NCBI GenBank assembly: GCA_963817895.1 | Contig: CAWFQB010000005.1 | Coordinates: 704,001-768,000, forward strand | DNA from: an uncultured Chthonomonadaceae bacterium | GTDB taxonomy: Bacteria; Armatimonadota; Chthonomonadetes; Chthonomonadales; Chthonomonadaceae | Reading direction: 5' to 3' | DNA: 64,000 bases | Shown here: piece after piece, positions 62,875 through 64,000 of the stretch | Layout of the letters: the number at the start of each line of letters is the position of its first letter | Numbering within the stretch: position 1 is the first letter of the stretch | Position numbers and translations under genes: made by a program | The notes under the pieces: generated by a model | The model's input: the letters and a program-made list of their open reading frames with translations, nothing else | Database searches by the model: none | Told to the model about the DNA's origin: nothing

Positions 62875-63999
62875 TTAGCGCGAACCCGATCCGGCAACGA
62901 CCTGCGTGGTATAGCTGATGGCTCCGGCTCCTGTCGAGGCGAATCGCAGCGTGAGCGTGGCCGAGGAACCGGGGTTGCCGCTGGCCGCGAGACTTCCGGC
63001 AGGCAGGTTGATGTACGGGCGTCCCGCGGGCAAAACCGCGCTCGTGGTTCCGGTAGCGTTTTGCAGCGTTCCGTTCGTCAGATTGCCCAGTATCAGCGAA
63101 ATGGGGCCATTGATAGCCGTTGCGCTTGTGTTGGTGAGAGTGACTGTCTGCGTGTAGGTTCTGGAAGGGCGATCATACACGAACGAGCCGCGCGTCACGG
63201 TAACGATTCCGCTGACATCCGTCGGGCCAACCGGGATAACGGGGTTAACGGTGATACTGACAGTTGCCGTATTGCTGTCTTTCACGCCGTTGTTCACTTT
63301 GAATGTGAAGCTATCGCTGCCGAAGTAGCCCGCGTTCGGCGTATACGTCACATTGGGCGCGGTTCCGCTTAATGTACCGTTTGTGGGATTGGAAACAATC
63401 GTGTACGTCAGGCTGCGCGGCGGCGTATTCGGGTCCGAACCCGTCAGCGTTATTCCAACGGCGGTATCCTGATTGGTGGTCACGGATTGCGGGTTCGCCG
63501 TGGGAGCCAAAACCACCTGTGTTACGGTGATGCTGACCGTCGCCACATTGCTGTCTTTGACGCCGTTATTCACCTTGAACGTGAAGCTATCCGGGCCGAA
63601 GTACCCGGCAGTCGGCGTATACGTCAAGTTCGGAGCCGTTCCACTCAATGTGCCGTGTGTGGGACTGGACACGACGGAGTAGGTCAGCGAACGCGGTGGC
63701 ATGTTGGGGTCGGAACCTGTGAGCGTAATGCCGACAGCGGTATCCTGGTTAGTTGTGACCGATTGTGGATTGGCGACGGGAGCCTGAACCACTTGCGTCA
63801 CGGTGATGCTGACGGTAGCCGTGTTACTATCCTTTACGCCGTTATTCGCTTTGAAGGTGAAGCTGTCCGGGCCGAAGTAGCCCGCAGTCGGCGTGTATGT
63901 CAGGTTCGGCGCCGTTCCTGTGAGTGTGCCATGCGCCGGGTTGCTGACTACTGAATAGGTCAGCGAACGCGCCGGGTTGTTCGGATCGGAACCGGTCAG
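62875..63999 (-). CDS. Large surface protein with tandem 92-aa Ig-like/cadherin-like repeats, 5'-truncated by the window edge
   Basis: AP.ANPQSVTTNQDT...YTP.AGYFG.DSFTFK repeats (two full, one partial); frame open to the window end. Confidence 0.9.
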   Translation of the reverse strand: MTGSDPNNPARSLTYSVVSNPAHGTLTGTAPNLTYTPTAGYFGPDSFTFKANNGVKDSNTATVSITVTQVVQAPVANPQSVTTNQDTAVGITLTGSDPNMPPRSLTYSVVSSPTHGTLSGTAPNLTYTPTAGYFGPDSFTFKVNNGVKDSNVATVSITVTQVVLAPTANPQSVTTNQDTAVGITLTGSDPNTPPRSLTYTIVSNPTNGTLSGTAPNVTYTPNAGYFGSDSFTFKVNNGVKDSNTATVSITVNPVIPVGPTDVSGIVTVTRGSFVYDRPSRTYTQTVTLTNTSATAINGPISLILGNLTNGTLQNATGTTSAVLPAGRPYINLPAGSLAASGNPGSSATLTLRFASTGAGAISYTTQVVAGSGSR

Positions 64000-64000
64000 C

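Overview
A 64 kb GC-rich bacterial chromosome segment. It is probably Armatimonadota-like, inferred from a prepilin/H-X9-DG (DUF1559-type) gene, PEP-CTERM proteins and tandem secreted ankyrin proteins. Housekeeping genes (lgt, cysC, cysH, folC, sua5/tsaC, recJ, wrbA) are mixed with signalling genes, phosphoesterases, toxin-antitoxin modules, one complete IS701-like element and many REP/MITE-like palindromes. No rRNA, tRNA or CRISPR array was recognised. At least 9 genes are split by single-base indels, most likely assembly errors, so several ORF-track fragments are joined here. The top candidate for an undescribed system is a minus-strand three-gene unit (36196-28898) behind a perfect sigma70 promoter. 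It encodes a ~1614-aa beta-rich protein ending in 24 His-x-Asp motifs, a radical SAM/SPASM maturase and a Cys-motif partner, which suggests post-translational modification of a repeat tail carried on a giant protein. The second candidate is a tightly coupled operon of an asparagine-synthase-like ligase, a RaSEA-like radical SAM enzyme and a flavin halogenase-like protein. Two promoters share the same Pho-box-like layout. All family assignments come from motif recognition by eye; no database search was run.
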